From: Cardiobacteriaceae bacterium | GTDB taxonomy: Bacteria; Pseudomonadota; Gammaproteobacteria; Cardiobacteriales; Cardiobacteriaceae | NCBI GenBank assembly: GCA_017484165.1 | Contig: JAFUTP010000028.1 | Location: 1-32,000 of the forward strand | Reading direction: 5' to 3' | DNA: 32,000 bases | Part shown: in pieces, positions 9,852 through 19,828 of the stretch | Numbering within the stretch: position 1 is the stretch's first letter | Layout of the letters: each line of letters starts with the position of its first letter | Notes under the pieces: generated by a model | The model's database searches: none | Told to the model about the DNA's origin: nothing | Seen by the model: the letters and a program-made list of their open reading frames with translations, nothing else | Translations under genes and position numbers: made by a program

Positions 9852-10304
9852 TTATCTCCCGTTCGCAAATATAAAAATCGCAACGGCAACAGAAATAATC
9901 ACAAAACCAGTCGCCAATAAAAATGCCAACCCCCACACTTTTAGCACAGCAGTATGTTTATTAAAAACACGGGCAAGAGTTTCTAAATCCTGCATTGTTT
10001 GCATCTTCTTGCAAGCTCTGGAATATTGCCAAAAAAATACAACCAGAAAAATACTGATTAGAAAAGAAATAAAAGAGCCAACACCATTACTGAAACCATC
10101 CTTTGATGCTAATAAAGCAATCGTAATAAATGGAAGAAATATCACAGCAATAAGATGCAGGATAAATAAAAACATTGACCATCTTCCTGCTGATTTCAAA
10201 ATTTGTAATGATTGTGGAGTTATTAAATTTCCATCGTATTGTTGAATACTTTCCGTTTTCCCCCGCGGTGCGGAATAAGGATTTTCTATATCTATATCCG
10301 TCAT
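9852..10304 (-). CDS. small membrane protein, hypothetical
   Basis: 150-aa ORF with hydrophobic segments, 3 nt from the neighbouring membrane ORF. Confidence 0.6.
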   Translation of the reverse strand: MTDIDIENPYSAPRGKTESIQQYDGNLITPQSLQILKSAGRWSMFLFILHLIAVIFLPFITIALLASKDGFSNGVGSFISFLISIFLVVFFWQYSRACKKMQTMQDLETLARVFNKHTAVLKVWGLAFLLATGFVIISVAVAIFIFANGR

Positions 10305-10335
10305 AAAATTTTCCTTCTATAAACCCTTTAACCAA

Positions 10336-10450
10336 AGGGCGCATCTAATTCCTAATCTTTTTTACCTCGTCATTCTGAGCACAGCGAATAATCTATCGAT
10401 AGAGATTTTTCGCATGCAGATCAAAAAGACAAATTTCGTAGATACACCCT
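10336..10450 (-). repeat. MITE-like element, copy 4 (reverse orientation, divergent core)
   Basis: Termini AGGGCGCATCTA (10336-10347) and TAGATACACCCT (10439-10450) are inverted repeats with 2 mismatches. Core CTCGTCATTCTGAGCACAGCGAATAATC...GAGATTTTTCGCATGC. Confidence 0.75.
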
Positions 10451-10488
10451 GCATGAATTGCAATAAATGCGCGTAAATTATATCACGC

Positions 10489-10508
10489 AAAAAAAAAAAA
10501 AAAAAAAA
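10489..10508. repeat. homopolymer tract of 20 A
   Basis: Direct count of uninterrupted A residues. Confidence 0.9.
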
Positions 10509-10573
10509 TAACGGTTTTTTTTGGTCAAAAAAATATATTTTCACCGTATTTTTAGAGCGAAAAATCACCGTTT

Positions 10574-11563
10574 TTACTTTTGGCTCGTAATCGCCGAATA
10601 TTTTTCCAGCATAAATTCCGCAGCCCCAATCAATCCCGAGAGATTATTACGGACTAAATAAATCGGAATGGAGCGTAAATATTGCGCGATATTGCCATCG
10701 ACGGCATCAAAACGAGCACAAAATGCGCTTTTTTTCAAAATCTTTTCGATGCGCGGCAAAATTCCACCGCAGAGATAAATTCCACCGCGCGCCCCCGTCG
10801 CTAGTGCTGTATCGGCAGCAAATGTGCCAAGTAAGCCACAAAAACGCTGTAAAACCGTGATTGCAAACGCATCACCTTGTAAGGCATTTGTCGTAATTTC
10901 GGCGGCAGTCAGAGAGTTCGGCGGTAATTTCTGCAAAAAACGCTCGGCTTTGTATAACAATTCAATACCTTTACCCGAGAGAAAATCTTCATTAGTTATC
11001 CGCTCTCGCGCTAGTTCTTCGCGTGCAAAACGCAAAATAGCAATTTCCTCCTCATTTTGCGGTGAAAAAGCACGGTGTCCGCCTTCGGTTGCAATTACCC
11101 GTGTTTTTCCAACCGTTTGATGCAAAATCGCCAAACCTAAACCCGTGCCTGGTCCCAATACGGCTTGCGGTAAATCTTCTACCGCTAAAATATCACCGTG
11201 GAGTAATATTTTATCCTGTTCAGCAATATGCGAAATCGCCAAAGCCTGCGCGGAAAAATCATTGATAAAAAAAAGATTTTCAAGATTAAGTTTCACTCGC
11301 ACTGAATTACGGGAAAAATGCCAGTGATTATTTTCTAAACGAATTTCCTCACTTAACAAGGGATTGGCAATCGCAATCGCAGCATTGGCAATATTTTTAT
11401 CCTCACAGCAATCTAAATATTCCGCACAAGCTGCCGCCAAATCCGCAAAATCACGACATTGCAACACAAGCGGATTAAAAATCTCACCGCTAGCTAAATT
11501 CAAAAGCGCAAAGCGAGCATTCGTCGCACCGCAATCAGCAATTAAAGCAATGTCTTTGTTCAT
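10574..11563 (-). CDS. glk: glucokinase
   Basis: ALIADCGATNARFALL, FINDFSAQALA, LGPGTGLGLA, EGGHRAFSPQ, GIYLCGGI motifs. Confidence 0.92.
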   Translation of the reverse strand: MNKDIALIADCGATNARFALLNLASGEIFNPLVLQCRDFADLAAACAEYLDCCEDKNIANAAIAIANPLLSEEIRLENNHWHFSRNSVRVKLNLENLFFINDFSAQALAISHIAEQDKILLHGDILAVEDLPQAVLGPGTGLGLAILHQTVGKTRVIATEGGHRAFSPQNEEEIAILRFAREELARERITNEDFLSGKGIELLYKAERFLQKLPPNSLTAAEITTNALQGDAFAITVLQRFCGLLGTFAADTALATGARGGIYLCGGILPRIEKILKKSAFCARFDAVDGNIAQYLRSIPIYLVRNNLSGLIGAAEFMLEKYSAITSQK

Positions 11564-11598
11564 ATTTTTTGTTCTAAATAAAAACCAATAAGGATTTT

Positions 11599-12003
11599 TT
11601 ATATCCAGTTTTCCAACTGCAAACCTTCTACTCTTTCAAATTCTCTTGTGTTGTTGGTTACCAAAGGAAGATTTAACGAACGAGCGTGAGCTGCAATCAA
11701 TAAATCCATTGCTCCAATAGGAGATCCCTTCCTTTGCAAAGATGCACGAATATCCGCATAATGCCAAATAGCCTCTTGTCCGAACGGCAAAATTTGTATC
11801 AATTCAAAAAATTCAAATAACAACGAGCTGTTCTTATCTATTGAACTAGATTTTTTCACTCCGAAGGCTAATTCACAAGCGGTAATATTCGAAATAACAA
11901 CTTCTCCAACTTTGTAGTTACTAAATGTTTCAACTACTTGTTTGTATTTTCTGTTGATGATATAAATACATGTATTGGTATCTAACATACAACGAATTTT
12001 CAT
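11599..12003 (-). CDS. vapC: VapC-type PIN-domain ribonuclease toxin
   Basis: MLDTNTCIYIINRK, ISNITACELAFGV, GAMDLLIAAHARSLNLPLVTNNTREFERVEGLQLENW. Confidence 0.9.
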   Translation of the reverse strand: MKIRCMLDTNTCIYIINRKYKQVVETFSNYKVGEVVISNITACELAFGVKKSSSIDKNSSLLFEFFELIQILPFGQEAIWHYADIRASLQRKGSPIGAMDLLIAAHARSLNLPLVTNNTREFERVEGLQLENWI

Positions 12004-12233
12004 ATTATTTCTTCTCTTATTTGTTCGCCCAACTCTTCTCGTTCGATTTTGAAATCATCATCAAATTTATCCAATAAATCTTGCAACAATTGTCCAAGAC
12101 TATCGCTGTTCGGTCGCAATAAAACACCATCAGCACATCGCTCAATCACAACTTCTGTGCTGTCAAATTCAAAATCTTTCGGTAAGGCAAGCATTTGACA
12201 ATTATCCGTATTAAAAAGTTTGACAACTTGCAT
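12000..12233 (-). CDS. vapB: VapB-type antitoxin
   Basis: 77-aa ORF with an AbrB/SpoVT-like N-terminus (KLFNTDNCQMLALPKDFEF), overlapping vapC by 4 nt. Confidence 0.85.
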   Translation of the reverse strand: MQVVKLFNTDNCQMLALPKDFEFDSTEVVIERCADGVLLRPNSDSLGQLLQDLLDKFDDDFKIEREELGEQIREEII

Positions 12234-12254
12234 ACAAAGCTCCTATTCCAATCG

Positions 12255-13034
12255 TTATTCAATATAAATATGCCTAACTGCACGAAAAACTATCGCCGCC
12301 GCAAATGGAATATAGGCGGAAAAAAATAATAAAAATCCTAAAAGACCTAAAAGAGGTAAGATTTTTGCTAGCAAGGATGCAATTTCAAAACCAAGAATTA
12401 GTATTCCCATTAAAAATAAAAATAATCCCGCTGAACTAATGATGTTAATTCTGCCTGAATGCCAAGTTTTGCGCATCAAAATAAAAACCTTTTCCTGCGG
12501 CAAAATACTCATCAACGGTAACACCGACCAGAAAAAATAATATTCAAAAATCAAAGATATTCCAGAGATTTTTAAGGTTTCTATATTTATTCTTATCAAT
12601 TCCTCTTTGCTTATATTAGAAGGGTTAATATTTTGCGGAATATCAGCAATTGTCATCATCAATAGCTGGGTTATCAATAATTTTACGCAAAAGAAAAATA
12701 CCACAAAGAGCCAAAAATTACTGTCCTTAAAATAACGCAATAGGTGATTCGGAAGTTGCGAAAAATCCATTTTTTTACCGCAACATTCATCAGCAAAATA
12801 AGAAAATAACAATCCCCCCAATGCAAACTCTAATACGGTTACAAAGAACATCGTTATCAAGGAAACCTTAAAAACAGCTACAAATAAAATCACCGAGAGG
12901 AGAAAAATTCCACAGCAAAGGGAGCTAATCATCAGCCAAAATTGCCGCTCGGAATTAAACAATGTAAATCCTTCCTTAACACAAACTGGAATGAATGATA
13001 AAGACTGCTTTTTAGGTGTATCTAAAAGTCGCAT
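12255..13034 (-). CDS. polytopic membrane protein, hypothetical
   Basis: 259-aa ORF with multiple hydrophobic segments. Confidence 0.65.
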   Translation of the reverse strand: MRLLDTPKKQSLSFIPVCVKEGFTLFNSERQFWLMISSLCCGIFLLSVILFVAVFKVSLITMFFVTVLEFALGGLLFSYFADECCGKKMDFSQLPNHLLRYFKDSNFWLFVVFFFCVKLLITQLLMMTIADIPQNINPSNISKEELIRINIETLKISGISLIFEYYFFWSVLPLMSILPQEKVFILMRKTWHSGRINIISSAGLFLFLMGILILGFEIASLLAKILPLLGLLGFLLFFSAYIPFAAAIVFRAVRHIYIE

Positions 13035-13057
13035 AAATAATCCGAATAAGTAATAAA

Positions 13058-13089
13058 AAATTATCCCAAAAAGACTTTTGGGATAATTT
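13058..13089 (-). terminator. Rho-independent terminator of the permease gene
   Basis: Perfect stem AAATTATCCCAAAA/TTTTGGGATAATTT. On the minus strand it is followed by a T-tract. Confidence 0.8.
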
Positions 13090-13104
13090 GTAATGAATAA
13101 TAAT

Positions 13105-14409
13105 TTAAGCTAGCATTACTAGGAAAATTCGTAGCAGTAGCAATCCTGCAATTACCCAAACACCGACCGACACTTCCGAGGCTTTTTCGCATAAGCATTT
13201 AATTAAAGCATAGGAAATAAAGCCAATCGCAATTCCATCAGCAATGGAATATGAAAGAGTGATACCGAATACCGTAAGCAATGCGGGAGCATATTCCGTG
13301 ATATCCGTCCAATCAATATCACCAAGCGCGGAAAGCATCAAAATTCCAACATAAATTAGAGCACCAGCCGTCGCTTCTGGCGGAACAATTTGCGCAATCG
13401 GTGAGAAAAACAAAATCAGCAAAAAGCAAATGCCTGTCGCAACCGCAACTAAGCCCGTTCTACCGCCTGCGGCAATGCCCGATGAACTTTCCACATAACT
13501 CGTCGTGCTAGATACACCAAACATCGAACCTAAAACCGTCGCCGCACTATCGGAAATCAAAGCCTGTTTTAAGCGCGGAATTTTTTCATCTTTTACTAAC
13601 CCCGCACGGTCAGTAACCGTAATCAATGTTCCTGCGGTGTCAAATAAATCTACAAATAAAAATGCAAAAACAATTGTCAGCATCGAAATATCTAATGCCG
13701 CTGCCCAGTCCATTTTGAACAAAATCGGTTCAATCGAAGGCGGCGCAGAAACAATTCCACTAGGCAATTCTGTATGACCAGTAATGATTGCACCAACGGT
13801 AACCACCAACATCGCAATCAAAATTCCGCCCGTAATCCGCAACTGCTGCAACATCATTATCAAAAGAAAGCAGAAAATCGCCATAAAGGTTTTGTATTCG
13901 GAAAAATCACCAATTTGCACCAAAGTGCCTTCCGAATTAACAATCAAACCCGCTTTTTGCAAACCGATGAACAAAATAAATCCACCCAAACCTGCCGCAA
14001 TCGCCTTTTTCAAATTGTGCGGAATGTTGTCAATAATCCATTCGCGGATTTTGAAAAAGCTGATGATTAGAAAAAGTATCCCCGAGACAAAAACGCATCC
14101 CAAAGCAACTTCCCAACTTTTGCCCATATTGCCGCAGACGGAATAAGCAAAAAAGTATAACAATGAAACACCAGGTGCCAGCGCAACAGGCAATTTCGCA
14201 TAAATCCCCATAATGAAACAAGATATCGCCGAAATCAAACAAGTTGCCGTAAAAACCGCACCTTTATTCATCCCCGTTGCGCCCAAAGTTTCAGGCGCAA
14301 GCAAAACGATATAAGCCATCGTCAAAAAGGTAGTAATCCCAGCAATTATTTCTATCTTTAAACTAGAATTTTGCTCTGTTATACCAAAATAATTATCTAT
14401 TTTTTCCAT
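13105..14409 (-). CDS. NCS2 family (AzgA-type) purine permease
   Basis: EIIAGITTFLTMAYIVLLAPETLGATGM, GLGGFILFIGLQKAGLI, VFAFLFVDLFDTAGTL, SYVESSSGIAAGGRTGLVA. Confidence 0.92.
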   Translation of the reverse strand: MEKIDNYFGITEQNSSLKIEIIAGITTFLTMAYIVLLAPETLGATGMNKGAVFTATCLISAISCFIMGIYAKLPVALAPGVSLLYFFAYSVCGNMGKSWEVALGCVFVSGILFLIISFFKIREWIIDNIPHNLKKAIAAGLGGFILFIGLQKAGLIVNSEGTLVQIGDFSEYKTFMAIFCFLLIMMLQQLRITGGILIAMLVVTVGAIITGHTELPSGIVSAPPSIEPILFKMDWAAALDISMLTIVFAFLFVDLFDTAGTLITVTDRAGLVKDEKIPRLKQALISDSAATVLGSMFGVSSTTSYVESSSGIAAGGRTGLVAVATGICFLLILFFSPIAQIVPPEATAGALIYVGILMLSALGDIDWTDITEYAPALLTVFGITLSYSIADGIAIGFISYALIKCLCEKASEVSVGVWVIAGLLLLRIFLVMLA

Positions 14410-14453
14410 TATTTACGGTCTCCGAATAAGTAAAACAACAGATTAAATATAAA

Positions 14454-15308
14454 CTAAACAACATAATCAACAGCATCACGGTGTTCAATATTCAATTCAA
14501 ATTGCGCGGATAATCTTTTATGCAATTCTTCCACCACATAAACACTACGATGCTGCCCCCCAGTGCAACCAATGCAAATATTAACATATGCTCTTTGCTT
14601 GGACTGTTGCAAAAAGTCTGGCAAAGTATTTTCTAAATATTGCGCTAAATTGCTAATAAATTTTTCTACACTCTTATGCGTTTTTAACCAGTCTATTATC
14701 GGTTTTTGCCGACCGCTGAAATGACGAATATTTTTCTCCCAATAAGGATTCGGCAAAGAACGAGTATCAAAAACAAAATCCGCATTCACAGGCAAACCTT
14801 GCTTAAAGCCAAAAGATTGCAAAAAAATAAATAATTTATTCTGAATATTTAGCAGTTTTGATAATTTTTCTCTTAAATCCATCGCAGTAAAAAATGTCGT
14901 GTCAATAAAAATATCCACTAAATTATTCAATGCCTGCAACTCAATTTTTTCCTGCTCAATAAATGATAAAACATTGCTATGTTGCGGCTGCCAATTATGC
15001 AAAGGATGCGGACGACGAGTTTCATTAAATCTCTGCGCTAAAACTTCTTGTTTAGCCGTCAAAAATATTATTTGCAAATCAATTTTTTCTTTTATTTTTC
15101 GAATATATTCTTCCGTTTGAGCAATATTTTTTGAACTTCTAATGTCAATTGCAATTGCAATTTTTCTCTCTGAATTTTTCACAACTTTATCGACAAAATC
15201 ATCTAATAATATTACTGGCAAGTTATCGATACAGTAATAACCAAAATCCTCTAAAAAATTGAGTGCAATTGATTTTCCCGCACCTGACATTCCAGTAATA
15301 ATCAACAT
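14454..15308 (-). CDS. rapZ: RNase adapter protein RapZ
   Basis: MLIITGMSGAGKSIALNFLEDFGYYCIDNLPV and CIGCTGGQHRSVYVVEEL signatures. The ORF could extend to 15341, overlapping the 3' end of djlA. Confidence 0.94.
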   Translation of the reverse strand: MLIITGMSGAGKSIALNFLEDFGYYCIDNLPVILLDDFVDKVVKNSERKIAIAIDIRSSKNIAQTEEYIRKIKEKIDLQIIFLTAKQEVLAQRFNETRRPHPLHNWQPQHSNVLSFIEQEKIELQALNNLVDIFIDTTFFTAMDLREKLSKLLNIQNKLFIFLQSFGFKQGLPVNADFVFDTRSLPNPYWEKNIRHFSGRQKPIIDWLKTHKSVEKFISNLAQYLENTLPDFLQQSKQRAYVNICIGCTGGQHRSVYVVEELHKRLSAQFELNIEHRDAVDYVV

Positions 15309-15318
15309 GTTTCCCCCA

Positions 15319-16308
15319 CTATTTCCAACCGTAATATTCACAAATATATTTATAAGCTTCTTGAATTTCTTTCACTTTTTTATTTGCAAGTTCAATTTCC
15401 TCTTGCGGTAAATTTCGTCCTGCCAATTTATCGGGGTGATTTTTATTAACCTGCTTGCTATATGCTTTTTTTACCGCCTTGAAATCATCAGTTTTAGCAA
15501 TACCGATAACCTTAAAAGCATCATCTAAACGGTTAGTTTTGGAATAACTATGCGCGCTATTTTGTCTATACTCTTGATGATAATTATAACCACTATTTTG
15601 CTGGTTTTTTTCATCTCTTCTATGCTGATAAGAGCTTTTTTGCTGCTGATAATTTTGCCACTGTTTATCCTTTTCACTCGCTTTTTTATAAGCCTGACTA
15701 AATCTTGCACGGGCTTGTTCCTGCGATAAAATTTCTTCGAAAACTCGCAAATCGATATGAAAAATGCTTGCAATATCGAGCAGAATAGTTTTCTCATTGA
15801 CTTCCATCACAGCGTCTAACAATGCTGCCCGCATTTGAATTTGCAGAAAACCATTGAGCAATAATTTATTTGAACCGAAGACATGGTGAAATTCCCGCAA
15901 AACTTGTGCATACGGAAAATCTTCGATTTTGCCCGTTCGAAAAGCTTCTTTGGCGATTTTTTTTAACTGCGCGGAATAGTTAAAATCCTGCATTAAAAAT
16001 TCCGCGAAAGCTATATCATCTTTGCTTACCCGACCTTTTGATTTGGCAATATGACCTAAAATCGAAAAAAGGCAAAGAGTGTAAAAATTCTGCCGATTTA
16101 GCTCAAAACTAACCGTAAATCTCTTTTTCTCACCCGTAACACCAAAAATATTTGAACGAATTTTTTCCGCAGAACTACCAGCACCTCGAAATACATCACC
16201 CAGCACTTCTGACAAATAATTACAGACCAATGCCCCCAAAATGGCACCTAAAAGACCAAATTTTGCTCCGAGGATTATTCCGATAAATATGCAAATAAAA
16301 TTCGTCAT
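15319..16308 (-). CDS. djlA: co-chaperone DjlA
   Basis: N-terminal transmembrane segment, TerB-like middle, C-terminal J domain with HPDK motif (KKAYSKQVNKNHPDKLA). Confidence 0.93.
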   Translation of the reverse strand: MTNFICIFIGIILGAKFGLLGAILGALVCNYLSEVLGDVFRGAGSSAEKIRSNIFGVTGEKKRFTVSFELNRQNFYTLCLFSILGHIAKSKGRVSKDDIAFAEFLMQDFNYSAQLKKIAKEAFRTGKIEDFPYAQVLREFHHVFGSNKLLLNGFLQIQMRAALLDAVMEVNEKTILLDIASIFHIDLRVFEEILSQEQARARFSQAYKKASEKDKQWQNYQQQKSSYQHRRDEKNQQNSGYNYHQEYRQNSAHSYSKTNRLDDAFKVIGIAKTDDFKAVKKAYSKQVNKNHPDKLAGRNLPQEEIELANKKVKEIQEAYKYICEYYGWK

Positions 16309-16332
16309 ATAGCTTTATCTATAAATAAAAAG

Positions 16333-16713
16333 TTATTGATATCTTTCTTTTTCTTTTTCACTGTCAGTGATATTTTGCAGTTTATTTTGCTCATCAACCA
16401 GCACAATTTTCGGCTCGATATATTCATTACTATCGATAAAAGCATAAGCCATAATTATCACCTTATCCCCAACCTGAACCAGTCTTGCAGCCGCACCGTT
16501 TAAGCAAATTACTCCGCTATTTCGCGCACCTTTAATGATATAAGTTTCCAGTCTTGCACCATTATCAATATCCACCACCTGCACTTTTTCATATTCGCGC
16601 ATTCCTGCGGCTTCCATCAAAGCCTCATCGATAGTAATGCTGCCGACATAATTCAAATTTGCCTCGGTTACTGTCGCACGGTGAATTTTGCCCTTTAACA
16701 CTTCAATAAACAT
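16333..16713 (-). CDS. panD: aspartate 1-decarboxylase
   Basis: [24 protein letters not shown] (Gly-Ser self-cleavage site), [21 protein letters not shown]. Confidence 0.97.
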   Translation of the reverse strand: MFIEVLKGKIHRATVTEANLNYVGSITIDEALMEAAGMREYEKVQVVDIDNGARLETYIIKGARNSGVICLNGAAARLVQVGDKVIIMAYAFIDSNEYIEPKIVLVDEQNKLQNITDSEKEKERYQ

Positions 16714-16732
16714 ATTTTTTCCTAATCAAGTT

Positions 16733-17584
16733 TTAATCGATATTTTCGATTAAAAAATTATCTAATAACCGTGCTTTACCGACAAAAACCGCAGTAGCAA
16801 AAAGCGTATTATTTTTCACCGTCGCGATATCCTGCATATTTTCCAAATCTACCGCCTGCAAATAATCAATTCTGGCAAGTTTTTCGCTCTCTATTATTGC
16901 GCGGATTTTTTCTAGGACTACTGCGGTATTTTTTTCACCGTCAGCAATTATTTTTTGCCCTGTTTGCATTGCTTTATTGATTATTGCGGCAGCTTTTCGC
17001 TCTTCACTATTAAGATAAGTATTACGAGAACTTTTTGCCAAACCGTCAGCTTCTCGAACAATCGGACAGCCGATAACTTCTACATCAAAATTAAAATCCG
17101 CGGTAATTCTTTTAATTATGGCAAGTTGCTGGGCATCTTTCTGTCCAAAATACGCCCTGTTAGGCTTAATTAAATTAAATAATTTAACAATTATGGTGCA
17201 AACGCCTCGAAAATGACCCGCTCTTTTTATTCCGCATAAATTATCACCCAATTGATAAATATCAGCAAAACTATTAAAACCTGCAGGGTATATTTCATCC
17301 GCATCAGGAATAAATAAAATATCAGCATGCAATTCACGGCAATAAGCACTATCTTTTACCAAATCGCGCGGATAATTCGATAAATCTTCATTCGCTGCAA
17401 ACTGCTTGGGATTAACGAAAACGCTGACTACGACAATATCATTTTCCTCTCTTGCTTTTTTTATCAAAGAACCATGTCCTTCATGCAAAAATCCCATTGT
17501 CGGCACTAATCCGATAGTTTTATTTTCCGCTTTTAAGTCTTTGATTTTCTGCTTTAAGTCGGCAATATTTTTAACTTCTAGCAT
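16733..17584 (-). CDS. panC: pantothenate synthetase
   Basis: VPTMGFLHEGHGSLI, VSVFVNPKQFAANEDLSNYPR, YFGQKDAQQL. Confidence 0.97.
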   Translation of the reverse strand: MLEVKNIADLKQKIKDLKAENKTIGLVPTMGFLHEGHGSLIKKAREENDIVVVSVFVNPKQFAANEDLSNYPRDLVKDSAYCRELHADILFIPDADEIYPAGFNSFADIYQLGDNLCGIKRAGHFRGVCTIIVKLFNLIKPNRAYFGQKDAQQLAIIKRITADFNFDVEVIGCPIVREADGLAKSSRNTYLNSEERKAAAIINKAMQTGQKIIADGEKNTAVVLEKIRAIIESEKLARIDYLQAVDLENMQDIATVKNNTLFATAVFVGKARLLDNFLIENID

Positions 17585-17596
17585 GTAATATTTCCT

Positions 17597-18439
17597 TTAA
17601 GCAAGTTGTGCTTTTAATTGTTCAACTATTTCTTTTGGTAGTTGATAAGAATGTTCTGGAGCTGGAAATATTCCTTTTTCCACCTCTTCGCGATATTTTT
17701 TTACCCCATTTTGCATTTCAGAACCGCAATCAGCGAATAATTTCACAAATTTCGGACGATAATCAGGAAACATATTCAGCATATCTTGCCAAACTAAAAC
17801 TTGACCATCGCATTTATTTCCCGCACCGATACCAATCGTCGGAATAGTCAATTTATCGCTAATAATTTCGGCAAGTTCCGCAGGTATCGCCTCCAACACC
17901 ACCATAAACGCCCCCGCATCTTCCACCCGTAAAGCATCGTCAATAATTTCACGGGCTCTTTGCAAAGTTTTGCCCTGGGTTTTGAAACCACCAAATGCCA
18001 AAACCGATTGCGGAGTCAAACCAATATGAGCACAGACGGGAATTTGCGCTCGCACAATCGCCGCAATTTTGTCGGCAACATAAAGCGAACCTTCAATCTT
18101 CACCGCCTCTGCATCGCCTTCTTGAATTAAGCGACCTGCATTACGAATTGCATCATCTGTATTAGTTTGCACGGACAAAAACGGCATATCGCAGAGCACC
18201 ATCGCTTTTTCTGCCCCACGCGCTACCGCCTTGCAATGATGAATCATATCTTCCATCGTAACCTGCACGGGGCTTTCATATCCCAGCATCACCTGCCCGA
18301 GCGAATCCCCGACCAAAAGCACATCAACCCCTGCCGCATCCATATTTTTCGCAGTGCAATAGTCGTAGCAAGTAAGCATTATGATTTTTTCCGCTTTATT
18401 GCATTTTTCCTGCAATTTAACCGTTGTATTGGCGTTCAT
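17597..18439 (-). CDS. panB: 3-methyl-2-oxobutanoate hydroxymethyltransferase
   Basis: MLTCYDYCTAKNMDAAGVDVLLVGDSLGQVMLGYESPVQVT, IPTIGIGAGNKCDGQVLVWQDML. Confidence 0.97.
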   Translation of the reverse strand: MNANTTVKLQEKCNKAEKIIMLTCYDYCTAKNMDAAGVDVLLVGDSLGQVMLGYESPVQVTMEDMIHHCKAVARGAEKAMVLCDMPFLSVQTNTDDAIRNAGRLIQEGDAEAVKIEGSLYVADKIAAIVRAQIPVCAHIGLTPQSVLAFGGFKTQGKTLQRAREIIDDALRVEDAGAFMVVLEAIPAELAEIISDKLTIPTIGIGAGNKCDGQVLVWQDMLNMFPDYRPKFVKLFADCGSEMQNGVKKYREEVEKGIFPAPEHSYQLPKEIVEQLKAQLA

Positions 18440-18469
18440 ATCATCTCCTGATTATGTTTTAAGCAAAAT

Positions 18470-19762
18470 TTACAAAAACTTACGATATGCCCGCGAATTG
18501 CGCTCACGGTTATATTTCGCGCGTTTTTTCTCGGGCAATTCTTCGATTTCAATCCGTGAAAATCCCCGTGCTTCAAACCATTGCGCGGTTTGCGTCGTAA
18601 GTAAGAATAAACTTTCCATACCTTTTTGTCTTGCAATTTGCGACAATTGTTCGAGTAAAAAATCAGCCCGCCGATGCTTACGGTATTCAGGTGCTACCGC
18701 CAAACAAGCAAGCTCCGCCGTTTTCTCTTGTGTATAAGGATAAAGCGCGACACAGGCAATAATGCTACCGTCGCGAATCAGCACATAAAACTTATCAATA
18801 TCCGCCTCCAAGATTTCACGGCTGCGCGGTATCAGCGTGCCGTTTGCTTCTAACGGACGAATTAAAGCAATAATGTGATTTATGTCATCAATTGTCGCGG
18901 GACGCAAGATGTCGTATAACTCTGCGGTTATCATTATTCCCGCACCGTCGCGAGTAAAAAGCTCCTGCAAAAGCGCACCTTGATTATCCTTTTCCACCAA
19001 ATGAACCCGTGCAATTCCCTCTTCGCATGCCCGTGCTGCCGCTCGCATTCTGCGACGAATTCCTGAATTTTCCACTTCTTTTTTCTTGGCTAATTCAGGA
19101 GTTAGCTGATGCAGGCGTTCAGTTGCCCGCAAATTTGCTATTCCTTCGCAGAGATAAATCAGCTTATCGGCTGCAAGTTCAGCGGCAATCGTGCTTGCAA
19201 CTTCTTCGCTATCAAGATTAAAAATCTCGCCTGTCGGCGCGTAACCAACTGGTGAAATCAGCACAATTTCATCATCGGACAAAGCGGATTTAATCGCAAA
19301 TTCATTGATTTTGCGAATTTCCCCCGTATAACCAAAATCGCAACCACCAATCACCCCCAAAGGACGGGCGGTAATGTAATTTCCGCCAGCAATTTTTACT
19401 TCCGCATCCTGCATCGGTGAATTGACAATATTCATCGACAAAACCGCCTCAATTTTGAGCCTGACACTTCCCGCCGCGTTCAAAATTTCGGGAATCATTT
19501 CCTTGCTGGTTATCCTCTTATCATTTGAAAAATGGGAAATAATTCCACTCTTTGCTAAATTTCTATCAATTTCCGCTCGAATACCGTGAATTAAAATTAA
19601 CTTTATCCCTAAACTTTGCAAAATTGCACAATCTTGCAGAATATTTTCTAAATAAGAATCGGCAAAATCAGCATCAAAATGAATTACAAAAGTTTTACCG
19701 CGATGCGCATGAATATACGGTGCGGCTTGATAAAAGAAACTTAAAAATTCGGCGGTATGCAT
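18470..19762 (-). CDS. argA: amino-acid N-acetyltransferase (N-acetylglutamate synthase)
   Basis: Fused amino acid kinase-like and GNAT domains, e.g. GVIGGCDFGYTGEIRKI, LACLAVAPEYRKHRRADFLLEQL, WFEARGFSRI. Confidence 0.94.
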   Translation of the reverse strand: MHTAEFLSFFYQAAPYIHAHRGKTFVIHFDADFADSYLENILQDCAILQSLGIKLILIHGIRAEIDRNLAKSGIISHFSNDKRITSKEMIPEILNAAGSVRLKIEAVLSMNIVNSPMQDAEVKIAGGNYITARPLGVIGGCDFGYTGEIRKINEFAIKSALSDDEIVLISPVGYAPTGEIFNLDSEEVASTIAAELAADKLIYLCEGIANLRATERLHQLTPELAKKKEVENSGIRRRMRAAARACEEGIARVHLVEKDNQGALLQELFTRDGAGIMITAELYDILRPATIDDINHIIALIRPLEANGTLIPRSREILEADIDKFYVLIRDGSIIACVALYPYTQEKTAELACLAVAPEYRKHRRADFLLEQLSQIARQKGMESLFLLTTQTAQWFEARGFSRIEIEELPEKKRAKYNRERNSRAYRKFL

Positions 19763-19828
19763 TTCTTTTTCCAGAGAATATTAAAAAAATGAGTAGTTTA
19801 TATTTTTTACTACTGTTCTAGTAAAAAA

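Noticed and set aside
18436-18636. 66-aa minus-strand ORF at the argA 3' end / panB 5' end
   Set aside because: It overlaps the conserved argA C-terminus in another frame and has no domain.
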